Of a stretch of 64,000 nucleotides of DNA, positions 19,684 to 28,472 are shown one piece after another (within the stretch, counting starts at the first letter, position 1; each line of letters starts with the position of its first letter). The notes below the pieces were generated by a model, which worked only from the letters and a program-made list of their open reading frames with translations, was not told where the DNA came from and did no database searches. This stretch comes from Gammaproteobacteria bacterium (lineage in GTDB: Bacteria; Pseudomonadota; Gammaproteobacteria; SZUA-140), in NCBI GenBank assembly GCA_015491865.1, contig WFVD01000029.1:11444-75443 (forward strand). The letters run 5' to 3'. A program made the position numbers and the translations under genes.

Positions 19684-19900
19684 GGTTAAAATCCGTATGC
19701 AAGTTTGCGAGACGGATGACCATTCCGGCAGGTATTCGGACTTAGGGGCATGGCCGGTTTCAGTTAATCTCGGCCGATTCAGGCTACGGCAGACTACTCT
19801 TCAGGCAGCGCCTGAGCAGTGCTCTTGTAGCGTTTGCGCCCCAATACCGCTGCGCGACAGTCCCGGACTCTCACCGGGTTCCCTGATATAAGAATCACAA
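19684..19900 (-). promoter_or_regulatory. Cobalamin (AdoCbl) riboswitch in the nrdA 5' leader, with an intrinsic-terminator expression platform.
   Basis: The minus-strand RNA reads ..AGGGAACCCGGUGAGAGUCCGGGACUGUCGCGCAGCGGUAUUG.. . This matches the conserved B12-element core GGGAAnncGGUGnnAnUCCgg.gCnG..CCGC..C.GUa. Downstream lies ..AAGUCCGAAUACCUGCCGG.., matching the B12-box rAGYCMGgAgaCCkGCc. After that comes the hairpin AUCCGU-(15 nt)-ACGGAU followed by UUUUAA (plus coordinates ~19684-19717), which looks like a terminator. The element lies between metR (stop 19980) and the nrdA start (19578) and is oriented toward nrdA. Confidence 0.65.
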
Positions 19901-19979
19901 TATCTAGTGCTCTTACCGGAATCGAATTACAAGATAGAGGATTACCCCGGAAAATACAAGCCATAAAACCAGATATTGA

Positions 19980-20876
19980 TCAGCCGTCACCCATCACCTT
20001 TTTACCGAGCGCAATAAAGCCCTGAATAAACGCCGCATCGGCCTCATTGCGCCTGACCGCAGCATGAAGTGTGCCGTGCATACCCGTTTTTCCCAACGGG
20101 CGTGTCGTAAAACGGTTATGGCGCATCGATTCGCGCAGCACCCAGTCCGGCAGCACCGCGACGCCTTTTAGCGTGGTGACCAGCAGCAGAATGATCGCTG
20201 TCAGTTCAGCCTGACGCAATCTGGCAGGCTCGACCCCGGCCGGTTGCAGAAAACGGGAAAAGACATCCAGACGTTTGCGCTCAACGGGGTAGGTCACCAG
20301 CGTCTGCTCTGCAAGATCGGCCGGCACAATATACGCTTTCGCGGTCAAAGGGTGGTCGTGCGCAAGCGCCAGCAGCCCTTCATAATCAAATAGTGGCTCA
20401 AAATGGAGGTTCTGATGCGGCTGAGGATCGGAGCTGATCACCAGATCCACTTCACCTTTCTGCAATGCAGCGATCGGTTCAAAGTTGAGCCCCAGCCGGA
20501 TATCGATCTCCACCTCTGGCCACGCCTGGCGATACTGGTCCAGCACCGGTATCAGCCATTCGAAGCAGGCGTGGCACTCGATGGCAATATAGAGCCGGCC
20601 ACGCTCCCCCTGCGCATAGCTTCGCAGCTGACGATCGATCGTATCCACCTCCGGCAGCACCTGTTGTGCCAGCGCCAACAGCTTTAAACCGACCGGCGTT
20701 AGCGTCAGCGGTTTTGTACTGCGCAGGTAGAGCGGTGTCTGATAGTAATTTTCCAGTGATTTGATCTGGTGTGACAGCGCGGACTGAGTCAGATGCAGCT
20801 GCTCTGCTGCGCGCGCCAGACTCCCCTCCTGTTCGATCGCCTGCAGGCTTCGCAGATGGCGCAACTCAAGCAACAT
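19980..20876 (-). CDS. metR: LysR-family transcriptional activator of methionine biosynthesis.
   Basis: The N-terminal HTH MLELRHLRSLQAIEQEGSLARAAEQLHLTQSALSHQIKSLE is closely similar to MetR. It is divergently arranged with metE. The start is taken at MLELRHL; the ORF track begins 5 codons earlier. Confidence 0.8.
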   Translation of the reverse strand: MLLELRHLRSLQAIEQEGSLARAAEQLHLTQSALSHQIKSLENYYQTPLYLRSTKPLTLTPVGLKLLALAQQVLPEVDTIDRQLRSYAQGERGRLYIAIECHACFEWLIPVLDQYRQAWPEVEIDIRLGLNFEPIAALQKGEVDLVISSDPQPHQNLHFEPLFDYEGLLALAHDHPLTAKAYIVPADLAEQTLVTYPVERKRLDVFSRFLQPAGVEPARLRQAELTAIILLLVTTLKGVAVLPDWVLRESMRHNRFTTRPLGKTGMHGTLHAAVRRNEADAAFIQGFIALGKKVMGDG

Positions 20877-20908
20877 ACAAATACCTCTCATGTTAGTTAT
20901 GAAAAATA

Positions 20909-20921
20909 TGAAGTTTACTCA
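20909..20921. promoter_or_regulatory. Candidate MetR recognition site (TGAAgtttaCTCA, compared with TGAA-N5-TTCA) in the metR-metE intergenic region.
   Basis: Read from the sequence. An adjacent TGAAaaataTGAA lies at 20900-20912. The intergenic region is only 86 bp. Confidence 0.3.
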
Positions 20922-20977
20922 TTCCTGTTTCCAATTCACACTCCATTCAACAACAAATCAACCTTCAGGAGAAAATC

Positions 20978-23275
20978 ATGACCACAACCCATAACCTCGG
21001 CTTCCCCCGAATCGGCGCAAAACGCGAACTCAAAAGGGCACTCGAGGACTACTGGAAAGGTGAGATTGAACAGCCCGAACTCCTCGCCGTCGGCCGTGAA
21101 CTGCGTCAACGCCACTGGCAACAGCAGGCAGATGCGGGCATCGAGTGGCTCCCTGTCGGAGACTTTTCCTGGTATGACCAGGTGCTGGATCTCTCCACCC
21201 TGCTTGGCGTGGTGCCTGAGCGCTTTAACCACGACACAACAGAGGTGGCACTCGACACCTACTTTCGCATGGCGCGTGGCCGTGCCCCCAGCGGTGAACC
21301 GACCACTGCGTGCGAGATGACAAAATGGTTTGATACCAACTACCACTACCAGGTGCCCGAACTGATCGCTCAACAGCAATTTACAATCAGCAGCAGCAAG
21401 CTCTTCGATGAAGTTGCTGAGGCTGTTTCGCTGGGCCATAAAACCAAGCCTGTGCTGCTTGGCCCTCTCAGCTATCTCTGGCTCGGGAAAACAAAGGGGG
21501 GAGATTTTAATAAACTCGATCTGCTTGAGAAGCTGCTACCAGCCTATGGTGAGATCCTCAACCGCCTCAAATCGCAGGGAGTTGAGTGGGTGCAGATCGA
21601 TGAACCGATCCTCGCATTAACCCTGCCACTCGAATGGCAACAGGCGTTCGAATCAGTTTATACACGTCTTCCGATCAAAGGCGTTAAAACCATGCTGGCG
21701 GTCTACTTTGGCCCACTCAAAGAGAACCTGAAACTGGCCTGCGGTCTGCCGACCGATGCGCTCCACATCGATGCGGTGCGCGGTGCCGATGAGATCGACA
21801 CCGTGCTCTCGTGGCTGCCGGTCTACAAAACATTATCGCTTGGCATTATCGACGGTCGTAATATCTGGCGCAGTGACCTTGATGCACTGCTGGAACGGTT
21901 GCGCCCACTGCAACAGCGCCTCGGTGAGCGCCTCTGGTTAGCCCCCTCCTGTTCTCTGCTGCATGTGCCAGTAGACCTGGAGCAGGAAGAGAAACTCGAT
22001 AGCGACATTCGTAGCTGGCTCGCCTTTGCACAGCAGAAACTGGCTGAACTGAACACCCTTAAGCACGCGCTCGCAGGCGATGATGAAGCTGCAGAGCAGG
22101 CGCTGCATGAGTCACGTCAGGCGGCCGCGTCTCGCCGCAGCTCCACCCGCATTCATCAACCCGATGTAAAGCAGCGCTGTGCAGCGGTGACCACGTCGAT
22201 GGCCGAAAGGGAGAGCCCTTTTAAACATAGAATAGAGCAACAGCAGGCACGCCTAAAACTTCCCCTACTCCCCACCACCACCATCGGCTCATTCCCACAG
22301 ACGGCAGCGATCCGCCAGACAAGGCGGCAGTACCGGACGGGCGAGCTCTCTGAGACTGAATACCAGACCCTGATGCGTAGAGAGATCGACAATGTGATCG
22401 AAAAGCAGGAAGCGATCGGCATCGATGTGCTGGTGCATGGTGAGCCAGAACGTAACGATATGGTGGAGTATTTTGGAGAGCAGTTAGATGGCTTTGTCTT
22501 TAGCCAGTTTGGCTGGGTACAGTCTTACGGCTCTCGCTGTGTGAAGCCACCGATCATCTTTGGCGACGTGAGCCGCCCACAGCCGATAACCGTCGCATGG
22601 AGCCGTTATGCGCAATCAAAAACAGAGAAGCCGATGAAGGGGATGTTAACCGGTCCTGTTACCATCCTTAATTGGTCTTTTGTGCGCGATGACCAACCAC
22701 GTGCGACCACCTGCCTGCAGATTGCACTAGCACTGCGCGACGAGGTTTGTGATCTCGAACAGGCCGGCATCGCCATCATTCAGATCGATGAAGCGGCGCT
22801 ACGCGAGGGGCTACCGTTACGCACAGAGGAGTGGCAGAGCTATCTGGACTGGGCAGTCAACGCCTTCAGGGTCACAGCAGGAGGGGTGAGAGACGAAACA
22901 CAAATTCACACCCATATGTGTTATTCAGAATTCAACGACATCATGCCCGCCATCGCCGCCATGGATGCCGATGTGATCACGATTGAAACATCACGCTCAG
23001 ACATGGAACTCCTCGAGGCCTTTGAAGAGTTCTCATACCCTAATGACATTGGCCCCGGTGTTTATGATATCCATTCACCCAACGTACCGGCAGTCGAAAG
23101 CATAACATCGCTCATGAATAAAGCGCTGCTCCATATTCCTGTCGAGCGGCTCTGGGTCAACCCGGACTGCGGACTCAAAACCCGGGGCTGGCCAGAAGTC
23201 AACACCGCGCTGGTCAATATGGTATCTGCCGCCCTGTTTCTACGCAGCCGTTTTAAGCGTAGCCGGGCCTCGTAA
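20978..23275 (+). CDS. metE: Cobalamin-independent methionine synthase (5-methyltetrahydropteroyltriglutamate-homocysteine methyltransferase).
   Basis: 765 aa. [28 protein letters not shown]... and the duplicated (beta/alpha)8 architecture are typical of MetE. Confidence 0.9.
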   Translation: MTTTHNLGFPRIGAKRELKRALEDYWKGEIEQPELLAVGRELRQRHWQQQADAGIEWLPVGDFSWYDQVLDLSTLLGVVPERFNHDTTEVALDTYFRMARGRAPSGEPTTACEMTKWFDTNYHYQVPELIAQQQFTISSSKLFDEVAEAVSLGHKTKPVLLGPLSYLWLGKTKGGDFNKLDLLEKLLPAYGEILNRLKSQGVEWVQIDEPILALTLPLEWQQAFESVYTRLPIKGVKTMLAVYFGPLKENLKLACGLPTDALHIDAVRGADEIDTVLSWLPVYKTLSLGIIDGRNIWRSDLDALLERLRPLQQRLGERLWLAPSCSLLHVPVDLEQEEKLDSDIRSWLAFAQQKLAELNTLKHALAGDDEAAEQALHESRQAAASRRSSTRIHQPDVKQRCAAVTTSMAERESPFKHRIEQQQARLKLPLLPTTTIGSFPQTAAIRQTRRQYRTGELSETEYQTLMRREIDNVIEKQEAIGIDVLVHGEPERNDMVEYFGEQLDGFVFSQFGWVQSYGSRCVKPPIIFGDVSRPQPITVAWSRYAQSKTEKPMKGMLTGPVTILNWSFVRDDQPRATTCLQIALALRDEVCDLEQAGIAIIQIDEAALREGLPLRTEEWQSYLDWAVNAFRVTAGGVRDETQIHTHMCYSEFNDIMPAIAAMDADVITIETSRSDMELLEAFEEFSYPNDIGPGVYDIHSPNVPAVESITSLMNKALLHIPVERLWVNPDCGLKTRGWPEVNTALVNMVSAALFLRSRFKRSRAS

Positions 23276-23295
23276 CGAGGCTGCCAGTTGATGAA

Positions 23296-23317
23296 GCGAT
23301 AGCTTCTCTGCTATCGC
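23296..23317 (+). terminator. Perfect 8-bp stem hairpin (GCGATAGC-ttctct-GCTATCGC) 20 nt after the metE stop. Possible weak terminator or RNA stability element; no U-tract.
   Basis: Read from the sequence. It is followed by CAATCAAG rather than a U-run, so an intrinsic terminator call is tentative. Confidence 0.3.
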
Positions 23318-23477
23318 CAATCAAGCCCTCTGCCGACCCAAACGCCGATCACTCGAACAGAAACCCAGGTGTAACGCTGCAAGTGATTGAGGCTTTGGTC
23401 GGCATGATTTACGATGAGGAGAGATCAAAAAATAATGTGTCACTATTGAGCGGTTTTACAACAAAAAGCAGGGAAAG

Positions 23478-24662
23478 ATGCCACCAAACTCACCTTCTGA
23501 TGATACTAGCTGTAATGTCATAACCGATAGCTCATTTAAAATCCGCCTTATCCCCGCTATGAGTACCCCTCTTGCTTCAATTTTTGGTAGCGGCTTTCTT
23601 GTGGTTGTCCCGATTTTAGCGAGTGCGGTGGGGCCTTACGCATTACCTGCAATGGTTATTGTCGCGTTTGTCGCCTTTCTGGTAGGCAGTATCGTCAGGC
23701 ATAACATCCACTGCGCCGAACATGCATTAGCCAAAGGCGCCAGGCCTATTACACGCTATGCTGAGCAACTCTCCGCACTTGCGCTGGTGGCCGCTTATGT
23801 AGTTTCAGTCTGTCTCTATGTTCACATACTCTCTTCATTTGTGCTGGCTAGCTTTGACCTTGACAGCGCATTTAATAAAAGCCTGCTAACAACCATTATT
23901 ATTGGCACCATCACGGTGATCGGCCTGTCTGGTGGACTCAGGCCGCTAGAAAAACTTGAAAGCTGGGCACTCTATATAACCATTGCACTGCTTGCTCTGT
24001 TACTTGTGATGTTTGCTGTTTATGACATCAACCAGTACCTCACACTTGGCCAGCTCATGCTGCCCGAGATGCCCGACCGCAGCACTTGGGAGATTGTTAC
24101 CATTGTCGCAGGCACGCTTATTGTTGTTCAGGGGTTTGAAACCACGCGCTATTTAGGAGAAAATTTTGATGCTGCAACCCGCATTCAGGCGTCACGCTGG
24201 GCACAATACTTTTCACTCGCTGTTTATATTTTATTTGTTGCACTAGCCCAGCCCATCGTACCGGTATTGAATGGCGTTTATGGCGACAACAGCCTGATCA
24301 CGCTGGCCGCCACCGCATCACTGCTGCTACCCATCCCTTTAATTATTGCTGCGGGAATGTCCCAGTTTTCCGCTGCCGTAGCAGATACAGTGGCGGCAGC
24401 AGCCAACCTGAGAGAGACAAGCAGACAGCGGATAGATACACGCTGGGGTTATCTGCTTGTCGGGGGGAGCGCTATGCTGCTGGCATGGTCCGGCTCCACA
24501 TTCGAAATCATTGCACTCGCATCACGCGCGTTTGCATTCTATTATTTACTGCAATGCATTGTGGCTTTTTCTGTTTGCCGAAACGTAAAAGAGCGCGCGC
24601 TATTTATCTTTATTGGCGCTATTTTGACCTTTGTTCTGATTTTTGCGGTGCCTGCAGGCTAG
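23478..24662 (+). CDS. Polytopic inner-membrane protein, distantly APC-superfamily permease-like. Uncharacterised.
   Basis: 394 aa with roughly 10-11 predicted hydrophobic helices. The N-terminal GSGFLVVVPILASAVGPYALP resembles the APC consensus G(S/A)G(I/F)F..P......GP. No closer family match was recognised. The true start may be the internal MSTPLAS (23559). Confidence 0.4.
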   Translation: MPPNSPSDDTSCNVITDSSFKIRLIPAMSTPLASIFGSGFLVVVPILASAVGPYALPAMVIVAFVAFLVGSIVRHNIHCAEHALAKGARPITRYAEQLSALALVAAYVVSVCLYVHILSSFVLASFDLDSAFNKSLLTTIIIGTITVIGLSGGLRPLEKLESWALYITIALLALLLVMFAVYDINQYLTLGQLMLPEMPDRSTWEIVTIVAGTLIVVQGFETTRYLGENFDAATRIQASRWAQYFSLAVYILFVALAQPIVPVLNGVYGDNSLITLAATASLLLPIPLIIAAGMSQFSAAVADTVAAAANLRETSRQRIDTRWGYLLVGGSAMLLAWSGSTFEIIALASRAFAFYYLLQCIVAFSVCRNVKERALFIFIGAILTFVLIFAVPAG

Positions 24663-24669
24663 CAACCTG

Positions 24670-25083
24670 CTAATCCACTACCTTTCCGCGCAGCGCTTTG
24701 ATCCTGCTTCGCCGCGTTTTGCTATCGAGCCGACGCCTCTGCGAGGCTTTTGTTGGTTTCGTTGCCCGCCTTCGTTTTTTCACAACTGAAGCAGCTCTAA
24801 TCATCACCTGCAGCCGCGCCAGGGCCTCTTCGCGGTTTTTCTCCTGTGTACGATATTGCTGCGCCTTGATGACGATCACACCCTCTTTAGCGATACGTCG
24901 ATCCTTTAAACCCAACAGACGTTCTTTATAGAACGCCGGTAGTGACGAGGCGTTGATATCAAAACGCAGATGAATCGCCGACGATGTTTTATTCACATTC
25001 TGTCCACCCGCACCCTGTGCACGGATCGCGCTGAACTCGATCTCATCTAAAGGAATCGAGATATGACTAGATATGATCAACAT
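24670..25083 (-). CDS. arfB: Alternative ribosome-rescue factor B / peptidyl-tRNA hydrolase (YaeJ).
   Basis: Contains the GGQ motif ([22 protein letters not shown]) and a basic C-terminal tail ([25 protein letters not shown]). At ~138 aa it is collinear with E. coli ArfB when started at MLIISSHI. Confidence 0.8.
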   Translation of the reverse strand: MLIISSHISIPLDEIEFSAIRAQGAGGQNVNKTSSAIHLRFDINASSLPAFYKERLLGLKDRRIAKEGVIVIKAQQYRTQEKNREEALARLQVMIRAASVVKKRRRATKPTKASQRRRLDSKTRRSRIKALRGKVVD

Positions 25084-25134
25084 AATTGAACACGCTCTCA
25101 CCCGGTGAGAATCTGCAGCTGCGAACAGTGACTT

Positions 25135-26847
25135 TTAAACCAGTGACGCAACCCTCTTAGCCGCCGTTACTGGGATCTCAGCTAAACGATTCTGTGCTAA
25201 CACGGCACGATTCAACGCAGAGATGACCGCCTTTAACGACGCGCTCACTGTATCATAATCGAGTGCTGCACCACTAATACGCTGACCCGCCAGTTCAATC
25301 TGCACATAGGCGATCGCCTCAGCGTTGGTCCCCTCTTCAATGGCGTGTTCACTATAGTCGATAATAGCCAGCGGCTGATCGCTATAGAGATGCCACGCAT
25401 CAAGAAATGCAGAGATCACCCCTTCTCCAGCACCACATATCACCTTTTCAACACCATCGATTTTAAGTTGCGCCTCCAACATGTCGCACGAACCGTTGTT
25501 ATCGATCTGATACCCCTCGAGGGTGACCGGGGCACGCACTTTGACAAAGTGCTCGCAAAAGATACGGTAAATGCGCTCACTATCCACTACTCCTCCTTGT
25601 GCTTCACTCACCTCCTGCACCAGCAGTGCAAGCTCACCCTGTAACCAACGCGGCAGATTCAGGCCGTAGTCACGCTCCATCACAAAGGCGACACCCCCTT
25701 TACCTGACTGACTGTTGACCCTGATGATCGCCTGATAATCACGCCCCAGATCTTCCGGATCAATGGGCAGATAGGCGACCTGCCAGGGCGCTTCCACCTG
25801 CTGCTGCTTCAGACATTTACGGATTGCATCCTGATGGCTACCAGAGAAAGCGGTATAGACCAGCGCTCCCACCCACGGATGGCGCGGATTAAGCGGAATC
25901 TGCGTGCATTCAGTGACAATACGAATCATCTCATCTGGATCTGATAGATCTAACTCTGGATCTATCCCTTGACTATAGAGGTTCATCGCCATGGTGATGA
26001 TATCCATATTACCGGTGCGTTCACCATTACCCAACAAGGTGCCCTCAACACGGTCAGCCCCAGCCATCAGGCCCAGTTCAGCGGCGGCCACTGCACAGCC
26101 ACGGTCGTTATGGGTGTGTAGTGAGACTGTAATGCTATCGCGTCGGCAAATGTGGGTGCAGAAATATTCCACCTGATCGGCAAAGAGGTTGGGCGTGCTC
26201 GACTCCACTGTCGCAGGCAGATTGATGATGCACTTCTGTTGCGGTGTCGGCTGCCACACATCGACCACGGCGTTGCAGATCTCCACCGCATAATCCATCT
26301 CCGTGCTGCTAAAGCTTTCAGGTGAATATTGAAACTGCCACTGGCTCTCCGGGTAGTGCGCCGCCTCTCGCTTCACCCACTCAGCTCCCTGCACTGCAAT
26401 GCGGGTGATACCGTCACGATCCAGACCAAACACCTGCTCGCGCTGAACAGCCGAGGTTGAGTTATAGAGATGGACAATCGCCCGCTTGACACCACGTAAC
26501 GCCTCAAACGTTTTGATGATCAACGCCTCGCGTGCCGGCACCAACACCTGCACCTGTACGTCAGCTGGAATCTGCCCCTCTTCAATCAACCAGCGAGTGA
26601 ACTCATAATCGGCCTGACTCGCGGCTGGAAAACCGATCTCGATCTGTTTAAAACCGAGCTTCAACAGCTCTGCCCACAGCATACGCTTCTGTGCCACACT
26701 CATCGGTTCAACCAGCGCCTGATTGCCATCTCGCAGATCAACACTCGCCCAGATGGGGGCCTTTTCAATGCGACAAGATGGCCAGTGCCGATCAATGATC
26801 GGTACTGGCGGGGCTGGACGGTATTTACGGTGATCAAAGCGCTTCAC
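25135..26847 (-). CDS. leuA: 2-isopropylmalate synthase, long (LeuA type-2, ~570 aa) form.
   Basis: Contains the DRE_TIM metallolyase core (..LRDGNQA.., HTHNDRG) and a C-terminal LeuA dimerisation/regulatory domain. GTG start at 26847. The leucine regulator lrp lies divergently upstream. Confidence 0.85.
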   Translation of the reverse strand: MKRFDHRKYRPAPPVPIIDRHWPSCRIEKAPIWASVDLRDGNQALVEPMSVAQKRMLWAELLKLGFKQIEIGFPAASQADYEFTRWLIEEGQIPADVQVQVLVPAREALIIKTFEALRGVKRAIVHLYNSTSAVQREQVFGLDRDGITRIAVQGAEWVKREAAHYPESQWQFQYSPESFSSTEMDYAVEICNAVVDVWQPTPQQKCIINLPATVESSTPNLFADQVEYFCTHICRRDSITVSLHTHNDRGCAVAAAELGLMAGADRVEGTLLGNGERTGNMDIITMAMNLYSQGIDPELDLSDPDEMIRIVTECTQIPLNPRHPWVGALVYTAFSGSHQDAIRKCLKQQQVEAPWQVAYLPIDPEDLGRDYQAIIRVNSQSGKGGVAFVMERDYGLNLPRWLQGELALLVQEVSEAQGGVVDSERIYRIFCEHFVKVRAPVTLEGYQIDNNGSCDMLEAQLKIDGVEKVICGAGEGVISAFLDAWHLYSDQPLAIIDYSEHAIEEGTNAEAIAYVQIELAGQRISGAALDYDTVSASLKAVISALNRAVLAQNRLAEIPVTAAKRVASLV

Positions 26848-27059
26848 GATTCACTCCTGTTGCCTGCGGCAGTTATCACACCTTTCGGCTGTATGCAGAG
26901 AAGGCGGCTACAAAACTAGTCACAGAAGAATAATAGACCAATATAAGAGGATATTTATTGCGCTTATTGCTGTTAATATAAAATAATTAGCAATTAAACT
27001 TCAATATAGCGCCATTATGTGCAATATTATTCGTCAACACCTAGACTTGGAGAAGCGCA

Positions 27060-27530
27060 GTGCCCCTGGACCGCTACGACCAACAGATTTTAAGAATCCT
27101 GCAACAGGAGGGGCAGATCAGTAATCAGGCGCTCTCTGAACGTATCGGGCTCTCACCTTCCCCCTGCCTGAGACGCGTAAAGGCGCTGGAAGAGAGCGGC
27201 ATTATCGAAGGCTACCACGCCGTGCTGAATGCGAGGCAACTAGGGCTAACCCTCACCGCGCTGATTCACATATCGATGGATAAACACACGCCGGAGCGTT
27301 TTGCCAATTTTGAAAAACAGATCAGCAGGCTGGATGAGGTGCTGGAGTGTCTGTTAATCACAGGGCAATCTGCCGACTACCAGCTCAAAGTGATCGTAAA
27401 AGATATGGACGCCTTCCAGATGTTACTACTCAACAAAATCACTCGCATCAAGGGGGTCAGCGGTGTTCACTCAAGCTTTATACTGCGGAGTGTTGTAGCG
27501 CATGCCGCCCTGCCTATTGGGGATATTTAG
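27060..27530 (+). CDS. lrp: Lrp/AsnC-family transcriptional regulator (leucine-responsive regulatory protein-like).
   Basis: The 156-aa protein has an N-terminal HTH (DRYDQQILRILQQEGQISNQALSERIGLSPSPCLRRVKALEESGII) and a C-terminal RAM domain. GTG start. It is divergent from leuA across an AT-rich 212-bp region. Confidence 0.8.
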   Translation: MPLDRYDQQILRILQQEGQISNQALSERIGLSPSPCLRRVKALEESGIIEGYHAVLNARQLGLTLTALIHISMDKHTPERFANFEKQISRLDEVLECLLITGQSADYQLKVIVKDMDAFQMLLLNKITRIKGVSGVHSSFILRSVVAHAALPIGDI

Positions 27531-27532
27531 TG

Positions 27533-28441
27533 ATGAGCAACACGATGAGATCGTTAAACGAACAGTTCGGGATTGATAACGCGCTTATTTTCGAAACAGA
27601 GGAAAATGGTGAGACCGTTGCCCTGATTAATAACTGCCATGCAAGCGCGGCTATCGCGCTGCAAGGTGCCCAGCTGATCTCATGGAAACCTAACGAACAT
27701 AAACCGGTCATCTGGCTCTCCTCTGGTGCCACACCATCGACAGAAAAACCGATGCGTGGCGGCGTGCCGATCTGCTGGCCGTGGTTTGGTGCCCACCCCT
27801 CACACCCAGAGTTTCCCGCCCACGGTTTCGCCCGCATTAGCCATTGGCATCTCATCCACAGCGCAGCGCTCACCGACGGTTCAACAGCAATCACACTGGA
27901 ACTCTCGTCCGATCAAATTCCGACGCATCTATGGCCCCAGCCAGTATCTCTTCAGTGCCGGATCACTGTTGGTCAAACATTAACGATGGAATTGATCACT
28001 CACAATAATGGTGATAGTGAGATCACAATTAGCGAAGCACTCCACACCTATTTTTCTGTTAGTGATATACGCAGCATCACGGTCGAAGGGCTCGATGGCT
28101 GCCACTATCTGGACAAGGTGAATAACATGCAGAGAAAGCAGCAGAAAGGTGATGTGGTATTCAACAGCGAGGTGGACCAAATCTACGTTGATACTAGCGC
28201 AGACTGCACCATCAAAGACCCCCTGTATGCACGCCAGATTCACATTAAAAAAGAGGGGAGCCGCTCAACCGTTATCTGGAACCCCTGGCTTGAAAAGTCG
28301 ATTCAGATGAGCGACATGGATGATCACGATTACCTCAACATGGTCTGCATTGAGAGTGCCAATGCGGCCCATAACACCATCGTTATTCCAGCGGGAGGCA
28401 CGCACCGCCTCATGACTAGCTACCGTATCGAGTCTCTCTGA
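27533..28441 (+). CDS. yeaD: Glucose-6-phosphate 1-epimerase (aldose-1-epimerase-like, YeaD family).
   Basis: The 302-aa protein from the ATG at 27533 (MSNTMRSLNEQFGIDNALIFET...) carries GGVPICWPWFG and HGFAR motifs of the YeaD family. The ORF track version (27347..) is an in-frame upstream extension overlapping lrp and is rejected. Confidence 0.75.
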   Translation: MSNTMRSLNEQFGIDNALIFETEENGETVALINNCHASAAIALQGAQLISWKPNEHKPVIWLSSGATPSTEKPMRGGVPICWPWFGAHPSHPEFPAHGFARISHWHLIHSAALTDGSTAITLELSSDQIPTHLWPQPVSLQCRITVGQTLTMELITHNNGDSEITISEALHTYFSVSDIRSITVEGLDGCHYLDKVNNMQRKQQKGDVVFNSEVDQIYVDTSADCTIKDPLYARQIHIKKEGSRSTVIWNPWLEKSIQMSDMDDHDYLNMVCIESANAAHNTIVIPAGGTHRLMTSYRIESL

Positions 28442-28472
28442 TTAATGCCTCACAAGCAGAGAGGATTGAGCA

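Noticed and set aside
19579-19979. Considered RNase P RNA, 6S RNA or a small ORF (19664-19891 +, 75 aa) in the metR-nrdA gap
   Set aside because: There is no match to RNase P conserved regions (AGGAAAGUCCGGGCUCC / ACAGAACCCGGCUUA). The minus-strand sequence matches the cobalamin-riboswitch core and B12-box instead. The 75-aa plus-strand ORF lies antisense to that structured RNA and has no protein-like features.
20892-20977. B12 riboswitch in front of metE
   Set aside because: The metR-metE intergenic region is only 86 bp, too short for the ~200-nt element, and the riboswitch-like sequence is on the opposite strand, pointing at nrdA.
27347-28441. 364-aa ORF-track model for the mutarotase gene, which overlaps the 3' half of lrp
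   Set aside because: The N-terminal 62 aa are an out-of-frame read-through of lrp coding DNA. A clean ATG at 27533 (MSNTMRS), 3 nt after the lrp stop, gives a full-length YeaD-family protein.
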